From: Neoechinorhynchus agilis
Lineage: Eukaryota > Animalia > Acanthocephala
NCBI GenBank assembly: GCA_051530055.1
Contig: CM121342.1
Location: 4,091,489-4,155,488 of the forward strand
DNA: 64,000 nt
Direction of reading: 5' to 3'
Below, piece after piece: positions 26,486 to 40,400 of the stretch (position 1 is its first letter; every line of letters starts with the position of its first letter). Both the position numbers and the translations under genes were made by a program. The notes under the pieces were generated by a model. It was not told the origin of the DNA and did not search any database. It was given only the letters and a program-made list of their open reading frames with translations.

Positions 26486-27277
26486 ACAGATAGTTATTTG
26501 AGTCTTTGCGGATGTCTCGCACAATCCAAAATATATCTTCGTGTTTCTGATGATAGCGACGGTCGAGGAAGGAGAGAAGCTGGAATTTGGCCGGAGGTGG
26601 TGAGTGTGCTTCAAACAGATTGTTTGAATTGTTTTAAATATATTATGTTGGTAAAAAATTGAGTGCTGAATCTTATAAATAATATCGAAAGGAACCTTGA
26701 TTTTCTGTAATACCTTATGGAAAAATGATCGTTCTAAGGCATCGAATACTTTAATCAAATTTACTGTTTGAATTGTTAAAAATCTATTATGTTTTAAAAA
26801 AAAATATTACAAAGAAAACGATATGTAACGGTCAAAATGGTTCTTTTTGTATTCTAAAAACTCGCTTCAAAACTTCGGTAAGACCTCGAGCAAACTAATG
26901 AAATTTAAACTGAAGTAGATTCGAAATTAAGCTCCTTTTACATCAATTTTTTAGCAGCACCAAAAGGAATAGTGAAGCTGATGAAAGAGACATCGTCAGT
27001 AGTAAAACTATGTGCTTATAGCACCCGCATAGTTGGTTGTCTCAAGCACGCCATTTCGCATAAAGCCGTTGCAGAGTTGGTTTGGGTAAGAAAAGCTCTA
27101 ATGCATTCCTAGCGAAATTCAAAGCATTTTACTTACCGCTTTTGTGTGCCTGAAAGGTTTCGATTCTTAGATTTTTTGTTTAATAATCACTGTATACTTT
27201 TAGTCGTCTCGGTAATTTCTTGTAAGTTTTTTCAACTTGGCCGGGATTATTTTCGCTAAAGGATTCTCTATCGGTGA
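26486..27277 (+). CDS. Putative orphan coding exons (26486-26599, 26955-27085, 27113-27156, possibly ending at TGA 27277)
   Basis: Stop-free stretches bounded by tgtag/gtgagt and ttag/gtaaga: TDSYLSLCGCLAQSKIYLRVSDDSDGRGRREAGIWPEV; APKGIVKLMKETSSVVKLCAYSTRIVGCLKHAISHKAVAELVW; RNSKHFTYRFCVPE. Phase between the first two exons was not reconciled. Confidence 0.35.
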
Positions 27278-27317
27278 CATAAATTTATGGTGGGATTATA
27301 TTCCCCGATTAAAAAAT

Positions 27318-30300
27318 ATTTTATTGAAATATTTCTAAACAGAAGGAAGCCTCATCCGGCCAATAAAATATCTTTTATTCGGCTAATTTAAATCACACCA
27401 AAACCTACAAATGTTTTATTGAAATATTTCAAAAGAAGAAGCTTCATCCTGGTCACCTAAAAGGGTTTTAGTTTTTCTATCTAATAAAATATCTTTTATT
27501 CGGCTAATTTAAATCACACCAAAACCTACAAATGTTTTATTGAAATATTTCAAAAGAAGAAGCTTCATCCTGGTCACCTAAAAGGGTTTTAGTTTTTCTA
27601 TCTAATAAAATATCTTTTATTCGGCTAATTTAAATCACACCAAAACCTACAAATGTTTTATTGAAATATTTCAAAAGAAGAAGCTTCGTCCTGGTCACCT
27701 AAAAGGGTTTTAGTTTTTCTATCTAATAAAATATCTTTTATTCGGCTAATTTAAATCACACCAAAACCTACAAATGTTTTATTGAAATATTTCAAAAGAA
27801 GAAGCTTCGTCCTGGTCACCTAAAAGGGTTTTAGTTTTTCTATCTAATAAAATATCTTTTATTCGGCTAATTTAAATCACACCAAAACCTACAAATGTTT
27901 TATTGAAATATTCAAAAGAAGAAGCTTCGTCCTGGTCACCTAAAAGGGTTTTAGTTTTTCTATCTAATAAAATATCTTTTATTCGGCTAATTTAAATCAC
28001 ACCAAAACCTACAAATGTTTTATTGAAATATTTCAAAAGAAGAAGCTTCGTCCTGGTCACCTAAAAGGGTTTTAGTTTTTCTATCTAATAAAATATCTTT
28101 TATTCGGCTAATTTAAATCACACCAAAACCTACAAATGTTTTATTGAAATATTTCAAAAGAAGAAGCTTCATCCTGGTCACCTAAAAGGGTTTTAGTTTT
28201 TCTATCTAATAAAATATCTTTTATTCGGCTAATTTAAATCACACCAAAACCTACAAATGTTTTATTGAAATATTTCAAAAGAAGAAGCTTCATGCTGGTC
28301 ACCTAAAAGGGTTTTAGTTTTTCTATCTAATAAAATATCTTTTATTCGGCTAATTTAAATCACACCAAAACCTACAAATGTTTTATTGAAATATTTCAAA
28401 AGAAGAAGCTTCGTCCTGGTCACCTAAAAGGGTTTTAGTTTTTCTATCTAATAAAATATCTTTTATTCGGCTAATTTAAATCACACCAAAACCTACAAAT
28501 GTTTTATTGAAATATTTCAAAAGAAGAAGCTTCTCCTGGTCACCTAAAAAAAATCACACCAAAACCTAAAATGTTTTATTGAAATATTTCAAAAGAAGAA
28601 GCTTCATCCTGGTCACCTAAAAGGGTTTTAGTTTTTCTATCTAATAAAATATCTTTTATTCGGCTAATTTAAATCACACCAAAACCTACAAATGTTTTAT
28701 TGAAATATTTCAAAAGAAGAAGCTTCATCCTGGTCACCTAAAAGGGTTTTAGTTTTTCTATCTAATAAAATATCTTTTATTCGGCTAATTTAAATCACAC
28801 CAAAACCTACAAATGTTTTATTGAAATATTTCAAAAGAAGAAGCTTCATCCTGGTCACCTAAAAGGGTTTTAGTTTTTCTATCTAATAAAATATCTTTTA
28901 TTCGGCTAATTTAAATCACACCAAAACCTACAAATGTTTTATTGAAATATTTCAAAAGAAGAAGCTTCGTCCTGGTCACCTAAAAGGGTTTTAGTTTTTC
29001 TATCTAATAAAATATCTTTTATTCGGCTAATTTAAATCACACCAAAACCTACAAATGTTTTATTGAAATATTTCAAAAGAAGAAGCTTCGTCCTGGTCAC
29101 CTAAAAGGGTTTTAGTTTTTCTATCTAATAAAATATCTTTTATTCGGCTAATTTAAATCACACCAAACCTACAAATGTTTTATTGAAATATTTCAAAAGA
29201 AGAAGCTTCGTCCTGGTCACCTAAAAGGGTTTTAGTTTTTCTATCTAATAAAATATCTTTTATTCGGCTAATTTAAATCACACCAAAACCTACAAATGTT
29301 TTATTGAAATATTTCAAAAGAAGAAGCTTCGTCCTGGTCACCTAAAAGGGTTTTAGTTTTTCTATCTAATAAAATATCTTTTATTCGGCTAATTTAAATC
29401 ACACCAAAACCTACAAATGTTTTATTGAAATATTTCAAAAGAAGAAGCTTCGTCCTGGTCACCTAAAAGGGTTTTAGTTTTTCTATCTAATAAAATATCT
29501 TTTATTCGGCTAATTTAAATCACACCAAAACCTACAAATGTTTTATTGAAATATTTCAAAAGAAGAAGCTTCATCCTGGTCACCTAAAAGGGTTTTAGTT
29601 TTTCTATCTAATAAAATATCTTTTATTCGGCTAATTTAAATCACACCAAAACCTACAAATGTTTTATTGAAATATTTCAAAAGAAGAAGCTTCATCCTGG
29701 TCACCTAAAAGGGTTTTAGTTTTTCTATCTAATAAAATATCTTTTATTCGGCTAATTTAAATCACACCAAAACCTACAAATGTTTTATTGAAATATTTCA
29801 AAAGAAGAAGCTTCCATGCCTGGTCACCTAAAAGGGTTTTAGTTTTTCTATCTAATAAAATATCTTTTATTCGGCTAATTTAAATCACACCAAAACCTAC
29901 AAATGTTTTATTGAAATATTTCAAAAGAAGAAGCTTCGTCCTGGTCACCTAAAAGGGTTTTAGTTTTTCTATCTAATAAAATATCTTTTATTCGGCTAAT
30001 TTAAATCACACCAAAACCTACAAATGTTTTATTGAAATATTTCAAAAGAAGAAGCTTCGTCCTGGTCACCTAAAAGGGTTTTAGTTTTTCTATCTAATAA
30101 AATATCTTTTATTCGGCTAATTTAAATCACACCAAAACCTACAAATGTTTTATTGAAATATTTCAAAAGAAGAAGCTTCGTCCTGGTCACCTAAAAGGGT
30201 TTTAGTTTTTCTATCTAATAAAATATCTTTTATTCGGCTAATTTAAATCACACCAAAACCTACAAATGTTTTATTGAAATATTTCAAAAGAAGAAGCTTC

Positions 30301-30958
30301 GTCCTGGTCACCTAAAAGGGTTTTAGTTTTTCTATCTAATAAAATATCTTTTATTCGGCTAATTTAAATCACACCAAAACCTACAAATGTTTTATTGAAA
30401 TATTTCAAAAGAAGAAGCTTCGTCCTGGTCACCTAAAAGGGTTTTAGTTTTTCTATCTAATAAAATATCTTTTATTCGGCTAATTTAAATCACACCAAAA
30501 CCTACAAATGTTTTATTGAAATATTTCAAAAGAAGAAGCTTCGTCCTGGTCACCTAAAAGGGTTTTAGTTTTTCTATCTAATAAAATATCTTTTATTCGG
30601 CTAATTTAAATCACACCAAAACCTACAAATGTTTTATTGAAATATTTCAAAAGAAGAAGCTTCGTCCTGGTCACCTAAAAGGGTTTTAGTTTTTCTATCT
30701 AATAAAATATCTTTTATTCGGCTAATTTAAATCACACCAAAACCTACAAATGTTTTATTGAAATATTTCAAAAGAAGAAGCTTCGTCCTGGTCACCTAAA
30801 AGGGTTTTAGTTTTTCTATCTAATAAAATATCTTTTATTCGGCTAATTTAAATCACACCAAAACCTACAAATGTTTTATTGAAATATTTCAAAAGAAGAA
30901 GCTTCGTCCTGGTCACCTAAAAGGGTTTTAGTTTTTCTATCTAATAAAATATCTTTTA
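27318..30958. repeat. Tandem satellite, 121-bp unit, ~30 copies, very homogeneous
   Basis: ggtcacc recurs at 27451, 27572 and 27693. The main variant is aagcttcAtcct vs aagcttcGtcct. Confidence 0.98.
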
Positions 30959-31040
30959 TCCGGAGGATTATGATAACATCACAACTGCAACTCTATCATC
31001 CTGAAGGATTTTCTCTTGACGATTATACATCCATTCGTAG

Positions 31041-31325
31041 ATGTCTCAATTTTTCAACATGTTTTCACAAGGCGGAATGCAAAGTGCCATGATGATGCAG
31101 GCGGTATTTTCCTATTTAGACAAAGATGGGGATGGGTTTTTGGATTTTGAGGAAGTTATGATGGCTCTTCAACAAATTGGTCTCGGGTTTCTTGGTCAGA
31201 CTGTTGTCCTTCCGGCGTTCCAGATGGTTGACACGGACGGCAACGAATTAATAGATTTCGATGAGTTCAATTCTCTTGTTGAAATGCTACAAAATGTGAG
31301 AAGCCAGTTTAGTCCGGCGCAATAA
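31041..31325 (+). CDS. Small two-EF-hand calcium-binding protein (94 aa, intronless)
   Basis: Two EF loops, DKDGDGFLDFEE and DTDGNELIDFDE, with helix spacing typical of a paired EF-hand lobe. ATG to TAA. Confidence 0.88.
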   Translation: MSQFFNMFSQGGMQSAMMMQAVFSYLDKDGDGFLDFEEVMMALQQIGLGFLGQTVVLPAFQMVDTDGNELIDFDEFNSLVEMLQNVRSQFSPAQ

Positions 31326-32824
31326 AACTAAATTTTTTGCTCGTAAAACAAAAACTTTTGTAAAAAAATAAGATTTTCATAATTATCTGAAAATATTTAG
31401 GTGTTGTTACAATAACTTATGAAGTTCAGACATCGATATTTATCACTGTATGGAAAGTGGCAGTTGTAAACAAGTTGCTTTTCAAAGTACAGCAACCTAA
31501 ATCAGTATCAATGCCCTTTTTTTTAAAGTCTTGATTGTTGTATTGATTCGCTAACCGAAACATTGCCTTCTTGAGTAAATATACGAGCACGGAAAAAAAG
31601 TCAGGCTTATTTGCGAGTTGTAAGAAGATCACAAATCATTTAAAAATAGATTTATTGCTTCTGATGAACGAAATGTGTTCAAATATGGTAGTAGTCTATT
31701 TTTTTTGAAAAGGTTAAACTGTCCTTAAACGCTCTAAGATTGACATTTACAACAATAAGAAAAGGTCATTTCAACAAAATGCATTTTTGTGAAAAAAAAT
31801 ACAAACTACAAAAATTTAAAAGGGAAATTCGAGGATATTTTCCGGAATCCTCAGCACTCGCACAATGTCGAAAAGTACATTTTTCTTGAGGCAGTCTACG
31901 CCTCTAACAATTTAATTATATTCCTCGAAAAAACTGGCCAACATAATGACATTAACAGTATCGCATTTGGCTTTAATGTGTGCCACAACAAACCTTTTTC
32001 TGCTTATGTCGCTCGTAAATCATTTTCTTTAATATAAATTTGTTTACATATTGTTTTTTTATTCAATCAATACGAGAATCACAATAAACTCGTATAATGT
32101 TGACCGTTTTTTTTAATGTAAAATGCCCTATCGTGTGCCAAAAGACGAAAACAAAATAGATGCGGAGGAACTCATGGTAGTTTTCCTTCCTCTGTCATGA
32201 GTTATTTTTGTCTTTTCCTTCTAACGTTCCCATTTTAGACATGCAAATCCGTTAATGCTGACGAATGTTGACTGCAAACGCAATAGCTCAACCGTTCATG
32301 CTGGAAAAAGTGCGGACATTTGCTTTCTTTTTAAACATCGCAGGCTAAACTCTACATTGTTCTTTTATCAATACAATCTTAGATGTTTCTACAAATTTTT
32401 TATATATTTTAGAAAAATTTTGTGTTGAGAATTTGAGAATATTTATATAGAATTCACCCCAATCGAAGATTTGAAGTTTTAATACAACCATAATGTCTTT
32501 GATTTATCTATAACGGATGAAAAATGCGTTCCAGTTAAATAGTTTTATGTTTGGCATTTGCATTCGGTCGCTTAGATTAATTATCGAATCTCGAGAGTTT
32601 ATAAACTAAGTTAAAGTTTCATCTTTTTTTGTAGAGGGGTCTTAATGATGTCGATATTTTATTCTTATTCCAAAAATCGGCATTGTTCCCCTTAACTTTT
32701 TTGAAAACTTTTCTGCCTTTCTATTTATCTTGCGCTCATAGTTTTTAAATCAAAACAACTCGAGTAACATTTTCGTATGCAATGTCTATACAAAACTTTT
32801 AAATTGTAAAGAAATTATTCATTA

Positions 32825-33011
32825 TAGTTTCAATTAGCAATGTTTGATTTAGAAAATTAGATTTATCTTGAAAATTTAAGGCCTTGTCGTTGGCCTGCGT
32901 GAGACGCATTTAAAAAGTTTCTAACAATTGACTGAAGAAGGCCAACGAAAAGACCGAAATTTTTTGAAGAAAAATCGTTTTTTCTAAATCAAACATCGCT
33001 AATTGAAACTA
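32825..33011. mobile_element. MITE-like foldback element with ~70-bp imperfect TIRs, flanked by TA
   Basis: gtttcaattagcaatgtttgatttagaaaa...cgttggcc pairs with ggccaacg...ttttctaaatcaaacatcgctaattgaaac. TA at 32825-32826 and 33010-33011. Confidence 0.6.
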
Positions 33012-33889
33012 AAACTTTTAAAGCTTTACGATTCTACTTGGACACCTAATTGTTTCGTTGGGATATATCTACAATTCTTAGTTAATATTCTAATTTAATC
33101 ACTAAAATATTGAACCGAAATTGAGTACTCGTTCGATTGGACGCTAAATATCAGTTTAGTTCTATTTTAGTGAGCCAAGCAATCATTTACGTCTTTTTTC
33201 CAGTGAGCGTTCAATCGATATTTCGACCTCATGACGGTTTGCAATACTCTCGTCTACCTAAAAGTACAATTTCGGCATCTAAGTCACATTTTCAAATGAT
33301 CGAATAAAGATTTTACAAATACTTCATTGACACTTTTTAAAAGATTTGGTAGACCATGCTTCAGAACTTTGAGCTAAAAATGAAACTAACGGTGCATTTT
33401 CTTGTAAATATCTTTTTTACTTTGGTGAAGAAGTAATATAAAGACACCAATTTCATATTCTCTGAATCGTAATCTATACACTTAAACAAAACTTTTAATT
33501 TTGTTGCTAGATTTTGTAAAATCAAACGTCTTATTCTGCGAAATTACTGATGTCAAACTAAATTGAGAGATTTGCATTATTACTCTATAATTGGAATCCG
33601 AATATGCCTTAGGGTCTCTTCTTAAAGAGAATTTGATAGAACCGTATTCTAGTTTTTCTCCAAAAATGTTGTCTTCTGTCAATCTTGGCTACAAAGCACC
33701 GATCAATATAATCCAAGCTTTATATTTATGCAAATACGGCCGAAAATAAAAAGTTCGTTTCGTTTTTTTTGATGATGGTAGAATTAACGATATTTGAAAT
33801 ATTAGCATCAAAAGGAGAAAATATTGCGGGCATTAAAACACTTTTTGCGATCTCAAATGTCGAAGAATCTGATCCAGAATAGATTTTTG

Positions 33890-36800
33890 TTGCCACTTAA
33901 ATTAGTAGTAAAATTAAAGGTGTTTGTATCGTTAAACATTTTTTGAACAAAACTTTGTGTTTCATTTGTCGAATTCGGCGAAATGAGAGTCGAGCTTTGC
34001 AGTACAAAAACAAAATTACCGTTTTTCAAAAAAAATTCGACGCTTAATCGGTTCTAATTGGTTTTTTCCTAAAGATTTGCCATTTAAATTAGTGGTAAAA
34101 TTAAAGGTGTTGGTATCATTAACCATTTTTTTGAACAAAACTTTGTGTTTCATTTGTCGAATTCGGCGAAATGAGAGTCGAGTCTTGCAGTACAAAAACA
34201 AAATTTCCCTTTTTAGAGAAAATTCGACACTTAATCGGTTCTAATTGGTTTTTCTTAAAGATTTGCCACTTAAATTAGTGGTAAAATTAAAGTTGTTGGT
34301 ATCGTTAAGCATTTTTTTGAACAAAACTTTGTGTTTCATTTGTCGAATTCGGCGAAATGAGGGTCGAGCCTTGCAGTACAAAAACAAAAGATTTGCCATT
34401 TAAATTAGTGGTAAAATTAAAGGTGTTGGTATCGTTAACCATTTTTTTGAACAAAACTTTGTGTTTCATTTGTCGAATTCGGCGAAATGAGAGTCGAGCC
34501 TTGCAGTACAAAAACAAAATTACCCTTTTTAGAAAAAATTCGACACTTAATCGGTTCTAATTGGTTTTTCTTAAAGATTTGCCACTTAAATTAGTGGTAA
34601 AATTAAAGTTGTTGGTATCGTTAACCATTTTTTTGAACAAAACTTTGTGTTTCGTTTGTCGAATTCGGCGAAATGAGAGTCGAGCTTTGCGGTACAAAAA
34701 CAAAATTACCCTTTTTAGAAAAAATTCGACGCTTAATCGGTTCTAATTGGTTTTTCTTAAAGATTTGCCACTTAAATTAGTGGTAAAATTAAAGTTGTTG
34801 GTATCGTTAAGCATTTTTTTGAACAAAACTTTGTGTTTCGTTTGTCGAATTCGGCGAAATGAGGGTCGAGCCTTGCAGTACAAAAACAAAAGATTTGCCA
34901 TTTAAATTAGTGGTAAAATTAAAGTTGTTGGTATCGTTAACCATTTTTTTGAACAAAACTTTGTGTTTCGTTTGTCGAATTCGGCGAAATGAGAGTCGAG
35001 CTTTGCAGTACAAAAACAAAATTACCCTTTTTTAGAAAAAATTCGACGCTTAATCGGTTCTAATTGGGTTTTCATAAATATTTGCCATTTAAATTAGTGG
35101 TAAAATTAAAGTTGTTGGTATCGTTAAGCATTTTTTTGAACAAAACTTTGTGTTTCGTTTGTCGAATTCGGCGAAATGAGGGTCGAGCCTTGCAGTACAA
35201 AAACAAAATTACCCTTTTTTAGAGAAAATTCGACACTTAATCGGTTCTTATTGGTTTTTCTTAAAGATTTGCCATTTAAATTAGTAGTAAAATTAAAGGT
35301 GTTGGTATCGTTAACCATTTTTTTGAACAAAACTTTTTGTTTCATTTGTCGAATTCGGCGAAATGAGGGTCGAGCCTTGCAGTACAAAAACAAAATTACC
35401 CTTTTTTAGAGAAAATTCGACGCTTAATCGGTTCTTATTGGTTTTTCTTAAAGATTTGCCATTTAAATTAGTAGTAAAATTAAAGGTGTTGGTATCGTTA
35501 ACCATTTTTTTGAACAAAACTTTGTGTTTCATTTGTCGAATTCGGCGAAATGAGGGTCGAGCCTTGCAGTACAAAAACAAAATTACCCTTTTTTAGAGAA
35601 AATTCGACACTTAATCGGTTCTTATTGGTTTTTCTTAAAGATTTGCCATTTAAATTAGTAGTAAAATTAAAGGTGTTGGTATCGTTAAACATTTTTTTGA
35701 ACAAAACTTTGTGTTTCATTTGTCGAATTCGGCGAAATGAGAGTCGAGCCTTGCAGTACAAAAACAAAATTACCCTTTTTTAGAGAAAATTCGACACTTA
35801 ATCGGTTCTAATTGGTTTTTCATAAAGATTTGCCATTTAAATTAGTAGTAAAATTAAAGGTGTTGATATCGTTAACCATTTTTTTGAACAAAACTTTGTG
35901 TTTCATTTGTCGAATTCGGCGAAATGAGAGTCGAGCCTTGCAGTACAAAAACAAAATTACCCTTTTTTAGAGAAAATTCGACACTTAATCGGTTCTAATT
36001 GGTTTTTCATAAAGATTTGCCATTTAAATTAGTGGTAAAATTAAAGTTGTTGGTATCGTTAACCATTTTTTTGAACAAAACTTTGTGTTTCATTTGTCGA
36101 ATTCGGCGAAATGAGAGTCGAGCCTTGCAGTACAAAAACAAAATTACCCTTTTTTAGAGAAAATTCGACGCTTAATCGGTTCTTATTGGTTTTTCTTAAA
36201 GATTTGCCATTTAAATTAGTGGTAAAATTAAAGTTGTTGGTATCGTTAAACATTTTCTTGAACAAAACTTTGTGTTTCATTTGTCGAATTCGGCGAAATG
36301 AGAGTCGAGCCTTGCAGTACAAAAACAAAATTACCCTTTTTTAGAGAAAATTCGACACTTAATCGGTTCTAATTGGTTTTTCTTAAAGATTTGCCATTTA
36401 AATTAGTAGTAAAATTAAAGGTGTTGATATCGTTAACCATTTTTTTGAACAAAACTTTGTGTTTCATTTGTCGAATTCGGCGAAATGAGAGTCGAGCCTT
36501 GCGGTACAAAAACAAAATTACCCTTTTTTAGAAAAAATTCGACGCTTAATCGGTTCTAATTGGTTTTTCTTAAAGATTTGCCATTTAAATTAGTGGTAAA
36601 ATTAAAGGTGTTGGTATCGTTAACCATTTTCTTGAACAAAACTTTATGTTTCATTTGTCGAATTCGGCGAAATGAGAGTCGAGCCTTGCAGTACAAAAAC
36701 AAAATTACCCTTTTTTAGAAAAAATTCGACACTTAATCGGTTCTAATTGGTTTTTCTTAAAGATTTGCCATTTAAATTAGTAGTAAAATTAAAGGTGTTG

Positions 36801-36951
36801 ATATCGTTAACCATTTTTTTGAACAAAACTTTGTGTTTCATTTGTCGAATTCGGTGAAATGAGAGTCGAGCCTTGCCGTACAAAAACAAAATTACCCTTT
36901 TTTAGAAAAAATTCGACGCTTAATCGGTTCTACTAAGTTTTTCTTAAAGAT
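33890..36951. repeat. Tandem satellite, ~187-bp unit, ~17 copies including two ~64-bp-deleted units
   Basis: Repeated ORFs offset by 187 bp (35124, 35311, 35498). An EcoRI site gaattc is present in each unit. Confidence 0.97.
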
Positions 36952-37470
36952 GTTTAAAGTTAAAATATCGGGATCTTTTTTCTGTGTACTGTAGACTAAA
37001 AACCACGACCGAAGATGATCGCCTAAAGGCTCGTTTTTATCACAGCATCTGACAGAGTTTCCTTCCAAGCGACTGCCATCATACCAAAACATCTTGTAGA
37101 GCAAGTGCATTTTCGAGACGACGGCAGCACGAGGTTTCCCTGCTCACACTGTGATTTTCGCAACAACAATTCAACTCCGCAGCCACCGTCGTAGACTTCA
37201 TTGCCTTCTTGGGAGACTCTATCCGGTATTTATGCGTCGTGTGGAGCGCTTTAGAGAATCAGCTTCTAATTCTGACAGACTGGCTCCGTCCTCTTTTTTT
37301 TGATATGCTACAGTTTTGTATGAGATGAATTTTAATAGTATACTATTTCTGTATGTGTCTTTAATGGAATTTGGACGCTCTGATTCACTTGTCAAAAGTG
37401 AACGTGGTCTTCTAGTCGGTGATGATGATTAAAAGTCTCTTTCATTAATTCGACTTCAGATTTTATCGAG

Positions 37471-40400
37471 TTGTTCAAACACATATCGAGTACATCAATA
37501 CGAAGGCCCAGAGGAAAATCAATCATTTATCGTGAAAGTTGTCAAACAATTAGCTGGTTGACAACGTATCCTTCAGTTCCTTATTTTTTATTTGAACCTT
37601 CTTTGACTGCCAACGTCGCCGAGGCTGCTGCTATCATCAGATCAACAGTTTGGCCCGCTCCTCAGGATAAATCTGAACTAAAAACGACTGAATTATTGGA
37701 TGACCTATCGGCTGATGGGTTCAACCTCAATGATAGACATCAAGCCAATGACATGGTGAGTTTTTCTCTCAATTGCACTTAAACTCTCACTTCTTTTTTC
37801 TTGTAGTTAAACACTGAATGGACCGAAATAGAAGAAATACAATTGGTGGGCGATAGTTCTGACTCTTACGGGATTACGATATCAGGCGGACGTAGCACCG
37901 GGGTTGTCGTGAAATCAATGCTTATTGGAGGAATCGCTGATCTTGTTAGTTAAATCTGCGAGCATTTCTGATTCTTAATTTAAAAATAGGACAACCGGTT
38001 GAGAGTTGGCGACACTATTCTTGTCGTCGGCGGTTCATCGACCAGGGGAATGAACAGTAATCAAGTCGCCAAAATGATACGAGGATCGTCTAGTTCGGTA
38101 TCGATAATAGTCGGACGACCCATTAGGGAATCGGCTAACCGGGAATCTAAGAAAATGATCATCAGAACACTTTCACTTAACGATCCAAACGTTAAAATTG
38201 AGATTATTCTGAATAAAGCAATGCAACGGGTGAGCAATTTCCCTCACACTCGATGTATTAATCAACTCGAAACCACCCATTTCAGAAGCTCAATATTCAA
38301 TTTTTGCAACTTGTGGTAACTCTCGAAAGAGGTTTTAATGGAATCGGTATAACAGCGACTAATCTAATTGATGAAAGAGGAGGTCAGTGATCGCTCCAAA
38401 GTTCACACAAAAAGAGATTATGTCTTCTATAAGTCTAATTTAAAGAAATGAGCTGTCTGTAGTGCCGGAATCACCTCTCACGGGTGCCTCATTACCACTC
38501 AATTATCTCCCTCCACACAAAAGATGGTCCCGCAGCACGGCATTTAGAGGTTGGCTTGCAAATTTGATGATTTTACAATCTGGTTCCATGTTTCGCTCTG
38601 GCGCGTCTCTAGTTTCGAATAGCATCTCAGAAATACCCCCAATCTTTCCCACCACACCCTCACTCCTCGTCCTGCTCACGATGTAATTGGATCAAGCGAA
38701 AAACAGAGCATACGAATATCAGCACACTCAATGGAAAACGTCTCGCTTGTTGCACTTGTTTTAAAACAACGCTACTAAATCACCCGGATGATCTTTGTCT
38801 CATGGGATATCCGGGTTTAAAATGCTCCATCGCACTCATATTTCTTATTGATTTCATTAGACGGCATCTCGGGAATATTCATCACAAACATCGATCCAGA
38901 AGGCTCCGCTGCTCTTGACGGCCGGGTTAAAGTATTTGACCAGATAGAAGCCATCAACGGTGTTACCGTAAGCGACGCCTCCTTCGATCAAGCAGTTGAA
39001 CTTATCAGATTGGGGCCTGATACCGTTACATTGAGACTTAAACGTTACAGCGGCAAATTCCTAAGTGATCTTAGTAGAGTTCTTGAAGGTCAGTCGATGG
39101 TTTAACCTAACCTAACTTGATCATTAAAAAAAAGGCGAATGTTGGCTTCAAATGAACTCTCTAGGAGAAGATAAGATGATTAAAAGTACGACGGACTTTA
39201 CTTCGTCGGTCCATCCAAGTCCAGTCGGTGAGGCTTTTCCTCCTCAAAACTCCCTAACACGTTAACCTCAAAGACTCTGCTCGGAGAATGAATGTATGGA
39301 AAAGGATATTCGGTTCAAATTATGACGTTCTGGTATCCGTATTCCTAATCAAATTTCAAATCACCACGGTATTTTGTGCAGATTTTAGACGTTAAAAAGT
39401 CAGATCAAGATAATCTGGGCCTAAGATTAGAAGGTACCGTTGCTTCTGATAAAGTGACTGCTCGGCATTACATAAACGACCTCCAAATTGGGAGTGTGGC
39501 GGCTACTGATGGGAAATTTAAAGTCAAAGACGAAATATTACAGGTGAGAGAATTATCTTTTCATTTTGTGGCCATGTCGTCAGTACGATCCTGCTAGTGG
39601 TTCAGGTAAATGATAAAGTGGTCATGGGCCAACCTCATTCGAATGTTATCAACATTCTTAAATCGTTACCGATTGGAAATTCGACGTTTTACGTTGCACG
39701 AAAACGGATAAAATCAAGTGCAGGACGAAGTAAGGCTTTTTGAAATGCAATTTCAAAAAAAAAGATCGCTCCTGTCATTAGGTCTTTTGAGAAAGATGTC
39801 TCCTGTAATGAAAAGGAGTGATCGAAAAAATCGATCGGTTGAATTTCGCCATAGATGTTTTGAATTATGGCGAAAAGAAAAGTTCAGTGTTGTATTAAAG
39901 ATGAGTGAGCGTGGATTGGGATTATCCTTTCTAGAATACCAAGTAAGTATCTTTGTTTTAATGATCGAAAATATACGAGTAATAAAAAATCTATAAAAAT
40001 CAAAGGACTCTCCTCTTTTCTCCAAAAGCAATTTCATCATTGTGCGACAAGTGATCAAAGGGGGAGTTGCTCATCGCAGCGGTCAAATATTGCCGGGTGA
40101 TCGACTCGTATCAGTGAATCGAATCGATACCGAAGGATTCGAACTCTCGCGTATTCTAAGCATAGTTCGATCGACTAAAGTTGGATGTGATGTGAGACTT
40201 ACGTTCAATCGAGCTTTATCCAACGTGAGATTTGCAGTGAGTACAATGGAGCATAATTGATTTTTCAATTATGCCGCTTTCTTAGACTTTTTGTTTGATT
40301 CTCATCTCAAGCGTACTTAAAATGATGTGCTTAATTGTCACTTTGGCAAAGAGCATTGTTGAATTGCCTTCAAGAAGTGGCAGTCTTTGAAAATTCCTTT

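Noticed and set aside
27318-30958. CRISPR-like regular periodicity of the arrays
   Set aside because: The whole monomer is repeated with no unique spacers, and the context is eukaryotic with no cas genes.
37020-37195. FPCSHCDFR zinc-finger-like fragment
   Set aside because: The His pair is missing and a stop follows shortly.
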